Shown here one piece after another: positions 8,272 to 16,400 of a stretch of DNA of 33,528 bases. Numbering within the stretch: position 1 is the stretch's first letter; each line of letters opens with the position of its first letter. The position numbers and the translations under genes are program-made. This stretch comes from an uncultured virus (IMG/VR IMGVR_UViG_3300042975_000104) (lineage: Duplodnaviria > Heunggongvirae > Uroviricota > Caudoviricetes): IMG/VR virus record IMGVR_UViG_3300042975_000104; one strand, 5' to 3'. The notes under the pieces were generated by a model. That model was not told the DNA's origin and ran no database searches. It saw only the letters and a list, made by a program, of their open reading frames with translations.

Positions 8272-10870
8272 CGCCCCGTTCATCGTAGACACTGCCGCTG
8301 CCAGTCCCGTTGCGGATACAGCGGTCCAGTGCCATGATGGACGCCACGATTCCGTCGATTTTTTCGACGGATTTTTCTTTATCCGGCTTGATGTTTCCCG
8401 CCGGGTCCTGCCGCATGACAACATTGCCCGCCATCCATTTGAGGACGGGATTGCCGCCATGGACGATGTTCCCTTCCATCAGGAGCTTGAAGAGCTCCTT
8501 CGACGGCGGTGACATATCCTTGAATCCCTGTCCAAAGGGAACCATGGTAAAACCCATGTCTTCCAGGTTCTGCACCATCTGGGTAGCGTTCCACCGGTCG
8601 TAGGCGATTTCCCGGATGTTATAGGTTTCTCCTAAACGTTCGATGAACTTCTCGATGAAACCGTAATGGATGACATTTCCTTCGGTTGTCTGGATGAAGC
8701 CCTGTTTCTGCCAGACATCATAAAGGACATGGTCCCGGCGGCACCGCAATTCCAGCGTGTCTTCCGGCAGCCAGAAAAATGGCAAAAGGATATATTTCTC
8801 ATCATCATTCCGTGGCGGAAAAGCCAGGACCAGAGCTGTGATATCTGACGTGCTGGACAAATCCAGACCGCCGTAACACATACGCCCCCGGAGAGGATCC
8901 AAATCGATAGGAAGATTCCCTTTATCGTAAACCTGCTCCGGAATCCATCGGATGCTGGCCGACGTCCAGATATTCAGCCGAAGCTGTTTGAACACATTCT
9001 CCTCGGCAGGATTCTCGATGGCGTTCTGATACGCTTCCCGGACGCGCTCGATTTTGATGGTATGTCCCAGGGACGGGTTCGCCTTGTACCAGTTGGCTTC
9101 ATCCGTCCAGTCCTCATCCGCTTCCAGACCATACACGACAGGATAGAACGTATAATCTTTCTTACGGCCCTGCATCAAATCCAATGCCTTGGTATGCAGT
9201 TCATAGCAGATGCTGTTCTTGTCGTTGCCGGCTGTGGTGATGATGAAAAAGAGCGGCTGCTCCCGGGCATCACCGGATCCTTTGGTCAGGACATCGTAGA
9301 GCTTCCGGTTTGGCTGTGCGTGGATTTCATCAAAGACAAGACCTGAAACATTCAATCCATGCTTTGTGCCAGTTTCAGCGGAAAGCACCTGATAAAACCC
9401 GGCGTTGCGGTAGTTGATGATCCGCTTCCCTGCCGACCGTATCTTGGAACGGCGCATCAGAGCCGGGCTCATCTCCACCATCTGCCGGGCTACATCGAAT
9501 ACGATAGACGCCTGGTTGCGGTCACAGGCAGCGCCATAGACTTCCGCGCTCGGTTCATTGTCAGCATACAGGAGATATAAGGCAATAGCGGCAGCCAGCT
9601 CGCTGTTGTGCGTTTTGACCATATTCCGCCCGGCCAGGTAGCAATGGGACGGACTGTCCACTTGGATGCACTGCATTTTGACTTTACAAGCAAGCATCCG
9701 AATTTCTTTCAGATAATGAAAACAGGAGCGTGTCTGTTTCACACGTTCCTGTCTGCGGATGCTTTTCCGATGAAGTTTGCTGACCGGCTGGTCGGTAAAG
9801 GCTGTGAACCGGATCTGATATAGTGTTTCCCCTGTCGGCTTCCCATAACGGGTGGACGGGCAGGTGGTCAGAGAGTTCTTGATACCTAATGACCACAGGA
9901 GTTCCTGTACCGATTCTGCCAATTGCTGGATGGTACTGACGTAGATGCTCTGGCCTTTGACGACACTTACACAGCCGTCGGAATCCATGAGTCCCTGCAG
10001 CAGTTCCCAACGTTGATGTTCCGATGACCGCAGGTATTCCGGCCGGATGACCTTTTCCCTGAAGTGCGGCACCAGAATTTTCTTCAGTTCCTTATATACC
10101 AGGATTTCACTGCCACCGCAGGCCTGTGGATACCGGTTATGCAGCAGATAGGGGATGAATGAAATAAGGTCATCCACGTCGCAATCCCGGACAGTGATTT
10201 CCGGCTTCGTAGCGCAGCCATTTCCCAGCCAGTAGCCATACAGATACGGGTCTACAGGAAGGTCTGCCTCTGGAAGATGTAAAGGAGCATTTACGGGAAT
10301 CCGTATGATGGAACGGTTGTCACTGAACGTTTCACGATACTTTCGGGTACGACGGTAAATCTCGCCTGTTGTCCAGCGTTTTGGCTTTGTCTTTCCATGA
10401 ATGTATTCCACATCCCACAAATGCCGTTCACCGGCCACAATCCGTCCGCCATCACGAAAAACCAGCTCATAGGCCTGCTCCGTGTCATCTATCAGACTTT
10501 TCGCCACCACATGACAGGGCTTTCCCCGCTCATCGAAAACGCAATCCCCAATGGCAAGGGTTCCCATGGTTTTCCACCCGTCCGGGGTTGGAATCGGCGT
10601 GTCTAATGCGAGCTGTTTCCCGTTCTTCTTTGGTATCTCTATATAGGCCGTCAGGAACTGCCGTTTCCCGTCTTCCTTCACGATACCGAACAAATCACGC
10701 ACGATCTGTTCCTGCCAGGGCAGGAGCAGGAAAGGTTTCCCGGCCCATTTTCCTTTGGTATGACAGAGATTCTCGATAAAAGCGACGGCCCGGTCGGCCT
10801 TTTCTTTATCATAATGGGAATCCGGCAGCATGAACGCTGACGGCTTATATACAAACGCCAAACTTGTCAC
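8258..10870 (-). CDS. terL: Terminase large subunit containing an intein
   Basis: Walker A IPKKNGK/S split by an insertion; Walker B VFDEIH, ITTAG, GGLDLSST, KIDGIVA. Exteins sum to 533 aa. Confidence 0.95.
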   Translation of the reverse strand: MTSLAFVYKPSAFMLPDSHYDKEKADRAVAFIENLCHTKGKWAGKPFLLLPWQEQIVRDLFGIVKEDGKRQFLTAYIEIPKKNGKQLALDTPIPTPDGWKTMGTLAIGDCVFDERGKPCHVVAKSLIDDTEQAYELVFRDGGRIVAGERHLWDVEYIHGKTKPKRWTTGEIYRRTRKYRETFSDNRSIIRIPVNAPLHLPEADLPVDPYLYGYWLGNGCATKPEITVRDCDVDDLISFIPYLLHNRYPQACGGSEILVYKELKKILVPHFREKVIRPEYLRSSEHQRWELLQGLMDSDGCVSVVKGQSIYVSTIQQLAESVQELLWSLGIKNSLTTCPSTRYGKPTGETLYQIRFTAFTDQPVSKLHRKSIRRQERVKQTRSCFHYLKEIRMLACKVKMQCIQVDSPSHCYLAGRNMVKTHNSELAAAIALYLLYADNEPSAEVYGAACDRNQASIVFDVARQMVEMSPALMRRSKIRSAGKRIINYRNAGFYQVLSAETGTKHGLNVSGLVFDEIHAQPNRKLYDVLTKGSGDAREQPLFFIITTAGNDKNSICYELHTKALDLMQGRKKDYTFYPVVYGLEADEDWTDEANWYKANPSLGHTIKIERVREAYQNAIENPAEENVFKQLRLNIWTSASIRWIPEQVYDKGNLPIDLDPLRGRMCYGGLDLSSTSDITALVLAFPPRNDDEKYILLPFFWLPEDTLELRCRRDHVLYDVWQKQGFIQTTEGNVIHYGFIEKFIERLGETYNIREIAYDRWNATQMVQNLEDMGFTMVPFGQGFKDMSPPSKELFKLLMEGNIVHGGNPVLKWMAGNVVMRQDPAGNIKPDKEKSVEKIDGIVASIMALDRCIRNGTGSGSVYDERGVIVF
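9605..10615 (-). mobile_element. Intein (337 aa, class 3 signature) with LAGLIDADG homing endonuclease domain
   Basis: Starts QLALDTPIPTPDGW, ends VKTHN followed by Ser+1; GERHLW, MQCIQVD; endonuclease motifs YLYGYWLGNG and LLQGLMDSDG. Confidence 0.92.
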
Positions 10871-11337
10871 CCCCTTAGCAGCAGTTCCATTTCATCCTTT
10901 TCTGTTTCTGCCCCGTTTTCTTCCCCAATCATGCGGCTCCGGGCAGACGGAGTCAGGCCGAACTGCTCACAGAACTTCAGCATGATTTTAAGGTTCGTCT
11001 GGGCGATGGACACCTGAGGCACCTGCTGCAGGTATCCGTTCGGCGTCCGCACCATATCCCCATGCTGGGTGATGAACTCTTCGGCCCCTTTCCACCGGGC
11101 ATACGCCTGGCAGTATCCGGCAAAGGCCATCATATCCAGATTGGTCAGCATCCCCATCTCCGCGAGGACTTTTCCCAGGCGTTTCCATTCCTTCTTGGCA
11201 TCGTCTTCCAGCCAATCCGGACAACGGGGCAGCCGTCCCTTAGGCAGCGGTTCTTTCTTGTTGAGCGGTCGATGGCCGGGATTTCCTTCCAGCACCTTGA
11301 GTGCTGTCGGTTTCGGTTTCCTTCCTCGTACAGCCAA
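10867..11337 (-). CDS. terS: Terminase small subunit, P27 family
   Basis: RGRKPKPTALKVLEGNPG...AKKEWKRL...FGLTPSARSR; directly upstream of terL. Confidence 0.92.
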   Translation of the reverse strand: MAVRGRKPKPTALKVLEGNPGHRPLNKKEPLPKGRLPRCPDWLEDDAKKEWKRLGKVLAEMGMLTNLDMMAFAGYCQAYARWKGAEEFITQHGDMVRTPNGYLQQVPQVSIAQTNLKIMLKFCEQFGLTPSARSRMIGEENGAETEKDEMELLLRG

Positions 11338-11355
11338 TGGCGCTCACCCCCCAAT

Positions 11356-11376
11356 AAAAAAAGCCTTTACGGGCTG
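11356..11376 (-). terminator. Terminator-like hairpin upstream of terS
   Basis: Minus strand CAGCCCGTAAAGGCT followed by a T run; short stem. Confidence 0.5.
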
Positions 11377-11438
11377 TACAACAGAGAATACCGCAACTGC
11401 GGTCTCCTCTTATTTTTCTGCAAAAAATACCAGATGCC

Positions 11439-11633
11439 TCAGTAAAGTCCTTCGAGGGCTTCGTATTCCCGTTCCAGCCGGTTGAGAGTCTGGCAGATGC
11501 ACTGGAACCGGAAACGGTTCTTGCAGGACCGCTGTTCGTTCTTCAGTTCCTTGATTTCTTCCATCCGTTTTTTCAGGATGTACCGCCCTGCTCCCTTCAG
11601 CATTTCATGGTAGTCTTTTTCAAATCTTGTCAT
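11439..11633 (-). CDS. Small hypothetical protein (64 aa), cassette gene 3
   Basis: Start MTRFEKDY at 11633, downstream of GAAAGCGAGGA in the repeat. Confidence 0.75.
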   Translation of the reverse strand: MTRFEKDYHEMLKGAGRYILKKRMEEIKELKNEQRSCKNRFRFQCICQTLNRLEREYEALEGLY

Positions 11634-11640
11634 CGCAGCT

Positions 11641-11748
11641 TCCTCGCTTTCGTGTGCTTTTTCTTTGGTGCTTTCCCCCTTCGTCATGTATATATATCAC
11701 TCTAAAGGCACATAATAGCAAGCCATTTTTCGATTATTTATGTATTTT
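11641..11748 (-). repeat. Cassette promoter/leader repeat, copy 1
   Basis: ~108 bp, roughly 90% identical by eye to 12134-12240 and 12474-12581. Confidence 0.92.
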
Positions 11749-11760
11749 ATTTCATAACAA

Positions 11761-11783
11761 GGAACAGGGCCTTTCGGCCCCGT
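11761..11783 (-). terminator. Terminator-like hairpin after cassette gene 2
   Basis: Minus strand GGGCC-GAAA-GGCCC followed by TGTTCCTTGTT. Confidence 0.6.
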
Positions 11784-11796
11784 CTTCAGGTTTTCC

Positions 11797-12126
11797 TTAT
11801 CGTGCGCTTTTCAGGACATCGACCAGCCATTCGGCACTCGGGTGAGTTTCCCCGGTCGCTTCTTCAAGAATTGGGAGATCATCCTCGATGTAATGAAGCC
11901 CTTTCCCCACTTTGATAAACCTGACATCTTCGTAGCCTTTTATATCTGTCCGGTAAACCCTTGCGGTGCGGCTTTCACCGTGATAGCTTTTGCCATCCCA
12001 GCCTCCAAAAGTGAAGGTCACCTTTTCCTTCGTGGCTTTGAAATGGGCTTCGAAATCAGCTCTTGTAATGGCTGTCTTGTATTCGTGGAGTTCGAAATGG
12101 TTGCGGAGTGCGTAAATGTTTGTCAT
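11797..12126 (-). CDS. Small hypothetical protein (109 aa), cassette gene 2
   Basis: Start MTNIYALRNHF at 12126 downstream of the repeat RBS. Confidence 0.8.
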   Translation of the reverse strand: MTNIYALRNHFELHEYKTAITRADFEAHFKATKEKVTFTFGGWDGKSYHGESRTARVYRTDIKGYEDVRFIKVGKGLHYIEDDLPILEEATGETHPSAEWLVDVLKSAR

Positions 12127-12133
12127 GGTAAAT

Positions 12134-12240
12134 TCCTCGCTTTCATGTGCTTGTTCTTTGGGGCTTCCCCCTTCGTCATGTATATATATCACTCTAAAGA
12201 CACATAATAGCAAGTCATTTTTCGATTATTTATGCATTTT
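12134..12240 (-). repeat. Cassette promoter/leader repeat, copy 2
   Basis: See copy 1; 1 bp shorter. Confidence 0.92.
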
Positions 12241-12247
12241 TCTACGA

Positions 12248-12273
12248 GAAAAGGGGCCTGCTATCGGCCCCTT
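12248..12273 (-). terminator. Terminator after cassette gene 1
   Basis: AAGGGGCC / GGCCCCTT stem followed on the minus strand by TTCTC. Confidence 0.65.
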
Positions 12274-12286
12274 ATTGTTCGGAAGT

Positions 12287-12466
12287 TTACCGAAACTCAA
12301 TGGTCAGCATCCCGCTTCCCATCCACCAGCTGCTTTCTTCATTTGGGTCTTCGAAAAAGACTTCTTTGGCTTCCCGTATCCGTTTGTCCATGTCTTCCTT
12401 TCCAAACATTTCGCAGGCTGCTTTTTTGCTGATTTTCTTTCCATCCAGTGTAATGATTGTTCTCAT
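12287..12466 (-). CDS. Small hypothetical protein (59 aa), cassette gene 1
   Basis: Start MRTIITLDGKK at 12466 downstream of the repeat RBS. Confidence 0.75.
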   Translation of the reverse strand: MRTIITLDGKKISKKAACEMFGKEDMDKRIREAKEVFFEDPNEESSWWMGSGMLTIEFR

Positions 12467-12473
12467 CGTTTTT

Positions 12474-12581
12474 TCCTCGCTTTCATGTGCTTTTTCTTTG
12501 GGGCTTGTCCCCTTTGTCATGTATATATATCACTCTAAAGGCACATAATAGCAAGTCATTTTTCGGTTATTTATGCATTTT
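12474..12581 (-). repeat. Cassette promoter/leader repeat, copy 3
   Basis: See copy 1; begins immediately after the GGCT gene stop. Confidence 0.92.
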
Positions 12582-12582
12582 A

Positions 12583-13191
12583 TTAGACAATTTCCCATTC
12601 ATCGGCGCCGGGTACCAGTCCGAGGCTGCCGCCCGTGTCCCACTGCACGTGGATGGTTCCGGCATCATCGACGTACTGGACCGTGCCTTCGGTACCTGCA
12701 GGCGGTGCCTGCACATCATCCATAAAGATCAGCCGTACCCGTGCGCCCTTCGTCCTTGCCCGGCTTTCCGTCAGCCCTTTCCGCAGGATGGCAAGGTCGA
12801 AACCGAACTTGCTGTAATCCCGCTCCATGTTCTGGTAGTACCACGGTTCCGGAATGCCAAAATGCCGGTCTTCGTGCATGATATACACCAGACCGCAGAC
12901 GGTGCCGTCATCGGTTTCCACTTCCACTTCTTTTTTGTAATAGAACCGCGGAAAGCCTTCATAGGCATCAAGTCGCCGTTCATCTGCTGCCGAAATGCGC
13001 CAGAGGACGACCGGCACGAAGGCATCCGCCTTCTTCTCGATAGTGGCGTAGCATCCGGTCAGGGAGCCTTTGAAAAGCAGCTCATACCCATTTACCCGTC
13101 CTGTCCCCGCAAGGGTGGCATCGGGACACCGCTGCGCCATCTGCGCTTCACTCATGTTGCTGCCGTAGGCAATGTAGATTTTTTTGTTCAT
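12583..13191 (-). CDS. Gamma-glutamylcyclotransferase (AIG2-like) fused to DUF4314-like domain
   Basis: YIAYGSNM...RCPDA...LDAYEGFP at the N-terminus; C-terminal RVRLIFMDD..APPAGTEGTV..VDDAGTIHVQWDTGGSLGLV. Start moved to 13191 (RBS GAAAGGA). Confidence 0.85.
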   Translation of the reverse strand: MNKKIYIAYGSNMSEAQMAQRCPDATLAGTGRVNGYELLFKGSLTGCYATIEKKADAFVPVVLWRISAADERRLDAYEGFPRFYYKKEVEVETDDGTVCGLVYIMHEDRHFGIPEPWYYQNMERDYSKFGFDLAILRKGLTESRARTKGARVRLIFMDDVQAPPAGTEGTVQYVDDAGTIHVQWDTGGSLGLVPGADEWEIV

Positions 13192-13268
13192 CGCTCTCAT
13201 CCTTTCTGAAGGGAATGCCCCTTCTACCACCCTAAGGGCAGCCGAAGCTGCCCGTGAGGCTATCCCCT

Positions 13269-14162
13269 TCAAGCGGCGTTGCGCCATGCGGAGTTGCCTG
13301 TGAGGTGTTTGAGGAAGTGGAGCCGGCAGGTCTTGAATTCGTCGCCGATGAGTCCCAGCCGGAGCATCCAGCACCGGAAGGCATATTTTTCATTGTCTGT
13401 TTCGGTCTTCCGTGCCGAGGCTTTCTTCTGCGTAAGAGCCTGATGGGCGACCGCAAGGCAGAACTGGATGTAGGCCTTGATTTCGCCGGCGTGGAGAGTG
13501 CCGTTGAAAAGGCGGAACTCGACGGTTCCTTTGGTGAAAGTGGCATGCAGGTTCAGCCCATGGTAGCGGGTGCTGTTGTAGTGGTAGTTCCGTCCGTAAG
13601 GCGCTTCCTGATACCAGAGGTCGGCGATGCCGTCCAGCGTATCCGGCTTTTTCCGGTTGAGATTCTTGAGGAATGTGGTGTTCGTCTTCCGGCAGTACCG
13701 GCTTTCCCGCGAGGGGTTGATCTGGAGAGCGCGGTAAATCATATCTTCCTTGCTCGCCATGATGTTCACCAGATTCCGCAGTGTCTTTGCCGTGAACCGT
13801 TCGGCTCCGACGTGGATGTGGATGCCGCAGGACTTGTTGGCAAAGGCCCCGGCCTTGCGGAGCGTCCGCACCAGTTCCTGCAGCTTCGGGATGTCTTCGT
13901 AGGAAAGGATGGGACTGACCACTTCCGTGCGGTAATGGTTGGAAGCGTCCATGATTTCGCCGTCCACCTTTTTCTGCGGGACTAGGCTGGAATCGTTCAT
14001 GGCTTTCCATTTCCGCCCCTGGTCATCCCTTGCGGTGTAGGTATCGTAGGCTCCGCCTTCGTGCCGGCTTTCCGTTCCGAAGAATCTGGCCATAAGGCTG
14101 GCCGCCCGGTTTCTCGTAATCCCTGTCATTTCCATTTCGATTCCAAAGTGCAGTGTTTTCAT
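13269..14162 (-). CDS. Amidoligase-family (COOH-NH2 ligase type 2) protein
   Basis: FGIEMEM, DSSL, EVVSPIL, SCGIHIHVG, RYHGLNL, TVEFRLFNGTL motifs. Confidence 0.9.
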   Translation of the reverse strand: MKTLHFGIEMEMTGITRNRAASLMARFFGTESRHEGGAYDTYTARDDQGRKWKAMNDSSLVPQKKVDGEIMDASNHYRTEVVSPILSYEDIPKLQELVRTLRKAGAFANKSCGIHIHVGAERFTAKTLRNLVNIMASKEDMIYRALQINPSRESRYCRKTNTTFLKNLNRKKPDTLDGIADLWYQEAPYGRNYHYNSTRYHGLNLHATFTKGTVEFRLFNGTLHAGEIKAYIQFCLAVAHQALTQKKASARKTETDNEKYAFRCWMLRLGLIGDEFKTCRLHFLKHLTGNSAWRNAA

Positions 14163-14208
14163 AATTATCTCTGTCCTTTCTATATGTGCGTGTGTTCTTT
14201 CGGTACAC

Positions 14209-14242
14209 TATATATCACTCTAAAGGCACATAATAGCAAGTC
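14209..14242 (-). promoter_or_regulatory. Core of cassette promoter repeat, copy 4 (upstream of amidoligase)
   Basis: TATATATCACTCTAAAGGCACATAATAGCAAGTC on + strand, identical to the core of copy 3. Confidence 0.8.
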
Positions 14243-14275
14243 TTTTTGAGAATAATTATGAATTAAATTGAGAAT

Positions 14276-15100
14276 TTATGCGTTCTGGTTCCGGCGTTCC
14301 TTCTGCCGTTCGGCGTGGGCTTTGGCGTCCGCTTCTGTGCGGAAAGCGCTCCATCCGTTCAGGCCTTTCAGCAAGGCCATGCGCGATTCGTGACTGGCTT
14401 TAGTTCCCATGCCGATGCGCAGGAGCCACATCCGCAGATAGTATTTCTCATTCTCCGGTTTCCGAGTGACGGGATTGATTCGTTTCGCCTTTTTCGCCGC
14501 GCCAACCATGAAGGCCGTCAGTTCAATCAAAGCACGGTTCTTCACGGCGTTGTCTGTCGCGGCCAAACAGAATGTCACTGTTTCTGCAGCAATCAGGAAT
14601 CCTTTCCCTTCCTTGCTGTAGTTCTGGTAGACCGCAAAGAATGAAGTCCTGTCTGTCACAGGTTCCTCTTTCAGGTCTTCAATCAGCCTGTCCGGCACCT
14701 GGATATTTTCATGCCCCGCAGCCCGATTCAGAAGATATTGCTGGGCATGGAGCATGAAGACCAGGTTGCGCATCTGCGCCCCGTCCATGCCGTCAGCCGG
14801 AATCGTGATTTCCATCACATCCGGATTCGTTTCCTGTTCAGGTTTTTCGCCCTGCTGTGGTCGGGATTTCTGCGCCGCTTCCGGCTGCGGAAGGATGCCT
14901 TCCTGCTGGAGAAAACCAATCATGGCGGCTTCTGTCTTTCCATCGTCACATTCGATATCGCCGCTGCGAAGGATGCGGAAGCTCTGCCCTTCGTAGGCAA
15001 AGGTCGGCGCTCCAGCGTAATGAAGCTTTTCATTATGGTTGAAAGGAATCAGTTTTCTGGCCAGTTCCTTGCGGTCGTTCAGATTCGTTTGGATTGTCAT
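14276..15100 (-). CDS. Hypothetical protein related to the amidoligase C-terminal region (often annotated virulence-related protein)
   Basis: YAGAPTFAY near the N-terminus; C-terminal ENEKYYLRMWLLRIGM...LLKGLNGWSAFR resembles the adjacent amidoligase tail DNEKYAFRCWMLRLGL...LTGNSAWR. Confidence 0.75.
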   Translation of the reverse strand: MTIQTNLNDRKELARKLIPFNHNEKLHYAGAPTFAYEGQSFRILRSGDIECDDGKTEAAMIGFLQQEGILPQPEAAQKSRPQQGEKPEQETNPDVMEITIPADGMDGAQMRNLVFMLHAQQYLLNRAAGHENIQVPDRLIEDLKEEPVTDRTSFFAVYQNYSKEGKGFLIAAETVTFCLAATDNAVKNRALIELTAFMVGAAKKAKRINPVTRKPENEKYYLRMWLLRIGMGTKASHESRMALLKGLNGWSAFRTEADAKAHAERQKERRNQNA

Positions 15101-15130
15101 GGTCTATGTACCTCCTTGTTTTGTTAGTAC

Positions 15131-15167
15131 ATATATCACTCTGAACGCCAATAATAGCAAGTCATTT
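15131..15167 (-). promoter_or_regulatory. Diverged core of cassette promoter repeat, copy 5
   Basis: ATATATCACTCTGAACGCCAATAATAGCAAGTCATTT; both end boxes kept, spacer diverged but same length. Confidence 0.7.
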
Positions 15168-16400
15168 CTGCACTTTATTATAGGGAATTTTCTCATTTCC
15201 ACGCAGTACAAACACACTTTCGCTTCCAGACTGTTCGATGTATCGCTTCACGATAACATCGACGAATTTTTCATCCAGCTCAATGCCATAGCAGATACGG
15301 TTCGTCTGCTGGCAAGCCATGAGCGTTGAGCCAGAACCCAGGAACGGGTCCAGGACGATGCAATGGCTCATGGACGAATTCTGGATGGGATAGGCCATCA
15401 GAGCCACCGGCTTCATGGTCGGGTGTTCTTTGCTGGTTTTCGGACGGTCATATTCCCAAATGGTTGTCTGCTTACGGTCGGAATACCACTGGTGCTTCCC
15501 GTTCAGCTTCCATCCGAACAGGCACGGCTCGTGCTGCCACTGGTAAGGGCTGCGGCCCAGAACCAAGGCGTTCTTCTTCCAGATGCAGCACCCGGACAGA
15601 TAAAAGCCGGCATCCTTGAAAGCCTTGCGGAAATTCAGGCCCTGGGTATCGGCATGGAACACATAGATGGAGGCGTCGGGTTCCATGTTCTGTTCCATGT
15701 TTACGAAAGCGCTGAACAGGAACCGGTAGAATTTATCATCCGGCATATTGTCGTTCTTGATTTTCCCAGCCGTTTCTTCTACGTTTACGTTGTACGGTGG
15801 ATCCGTCAGTACCAGATTGGCTTTCTTCCCGTCCATCAGCCGTGTGTAAGTTTCTGGCAGCGTAGCATCGCCGCAGATAACGCGGTGTTCCCCCAGGAGC
15901 CAGATGTCACCAGCCTGGGAAAAAGTCGGCTTCTCCAGTTCCCCGTCCACATCGAAGTCATCTTCTTTCACCTTCTTGTTGTGGACTTTTGAAAAGAGCT
16001 GTTCCACTTCCGGCGCCTCGAAGCCCGTCAGGTCTACATTGAAATCGACGCTCTGCAAATCGACGATGAGGTCGGCCAGGAGCTGTTCGTTCCAGGCGCC
16101 GGTGATTTTGTTGAGCGCGATGTTAAGAGCCTTGACCTTGTGTTCGTCCTCGATATGGACAACCACGCACTGGACGTCTTCATAGCCCAGGTCTTTCAGC
16201 ACGTTGAGCCGCTGGTGGCCGCCGATGACCGTCATATCGTAGTTCACAATGATAGGTTCCACATAGCCGAACTCTTTAATGGAGTTCTTGATTTTTTCGT
16301 ATTCCTTATCGCCGGGCTTCAGCTGTTTTCTGGGATTGTAGGCCGCAGGTTTCAGCTGCCCGATAGGCAGGGTTTTCCATTCCATATCAGATGTCTTCAT
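15162..16400 (-). CDS. ParB-like N-terminal domain plus N6-adenine/N4-cytosine DNA methyltransferase (beta order)
   Basis: AAYNPRK...IGGHQRL (ParB); TDPPYN precedes HPTMKP and DPFLGSGST; start MKTSD at 16400. Confidence 0.92.
   Translation of the reverse strand: MKTSDMEWKTLPIGQLKPAAYNPRKQLKPGDKEYEKIKNSIKEFGYVEPIIVNYDMTVIGGHQRLNVLKDLGYEDVQCVVVHIEDEHKVKALNIALNKITGAWNEQLLADLIVDLQSVDFNVDLTGFEAPEVEQLFSKVHNKKVKEDDFDVDGELEKPTFSQAGDIWLLGEHRVICGDATLPETYTRLMDGKKANLVLTDPPYNVNVEETAGKIKNDNMPDDKFYRFLFSAFVNMEQNMEPDASIYVFHADTQGLNFRKAFKDAGFYLSGCCIWKKNALVLGRSPYQWQHEPCLFGWKLNGKHQWYSDRKQTTIWEYDRPKTSKEHPTMKPVALMAYPIQNSSMSHCIVLDPFLGSGSTLMACQQTNRICYGIELDEKFVDVIVKRYIEQSGSESVFVLRGNEKIPYNKVQK

Noticed and set aside
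11634..12520. Shared N-terminal peptide (MTKG.S.KEKAHESEE) on the cassette ORFs, resembling a RiPP-like leader next to an amidoligase
   Set aside because: It is the translation of the DNA repeat. In copy 2 a 1-bp deletion puts that ATG out of frame, no RBS precedes it, and a good RBS lies just before the downstream ATG in all copies.
11641..12581. Repeats as a CRISPR array or integron attC sites
   Set aside because: Repeats are about 108 bp with gene-sized, unequal spacers; no cas or integron integrase gene; no attC-like extended palindrome.
13192..13374. ORF-track N-terminal extension of the GGCT gene overlapping the amidoligase
   Set aside because: Overlaps another gene and a structured intergenic region; RBS and domain start support ATG 13191.
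15162..16400. Methylase as part of a restriction-modification system
   Set aside because: No cognate restriction endonuclease nearby; the nearby HNH has the terminase-associated signature.
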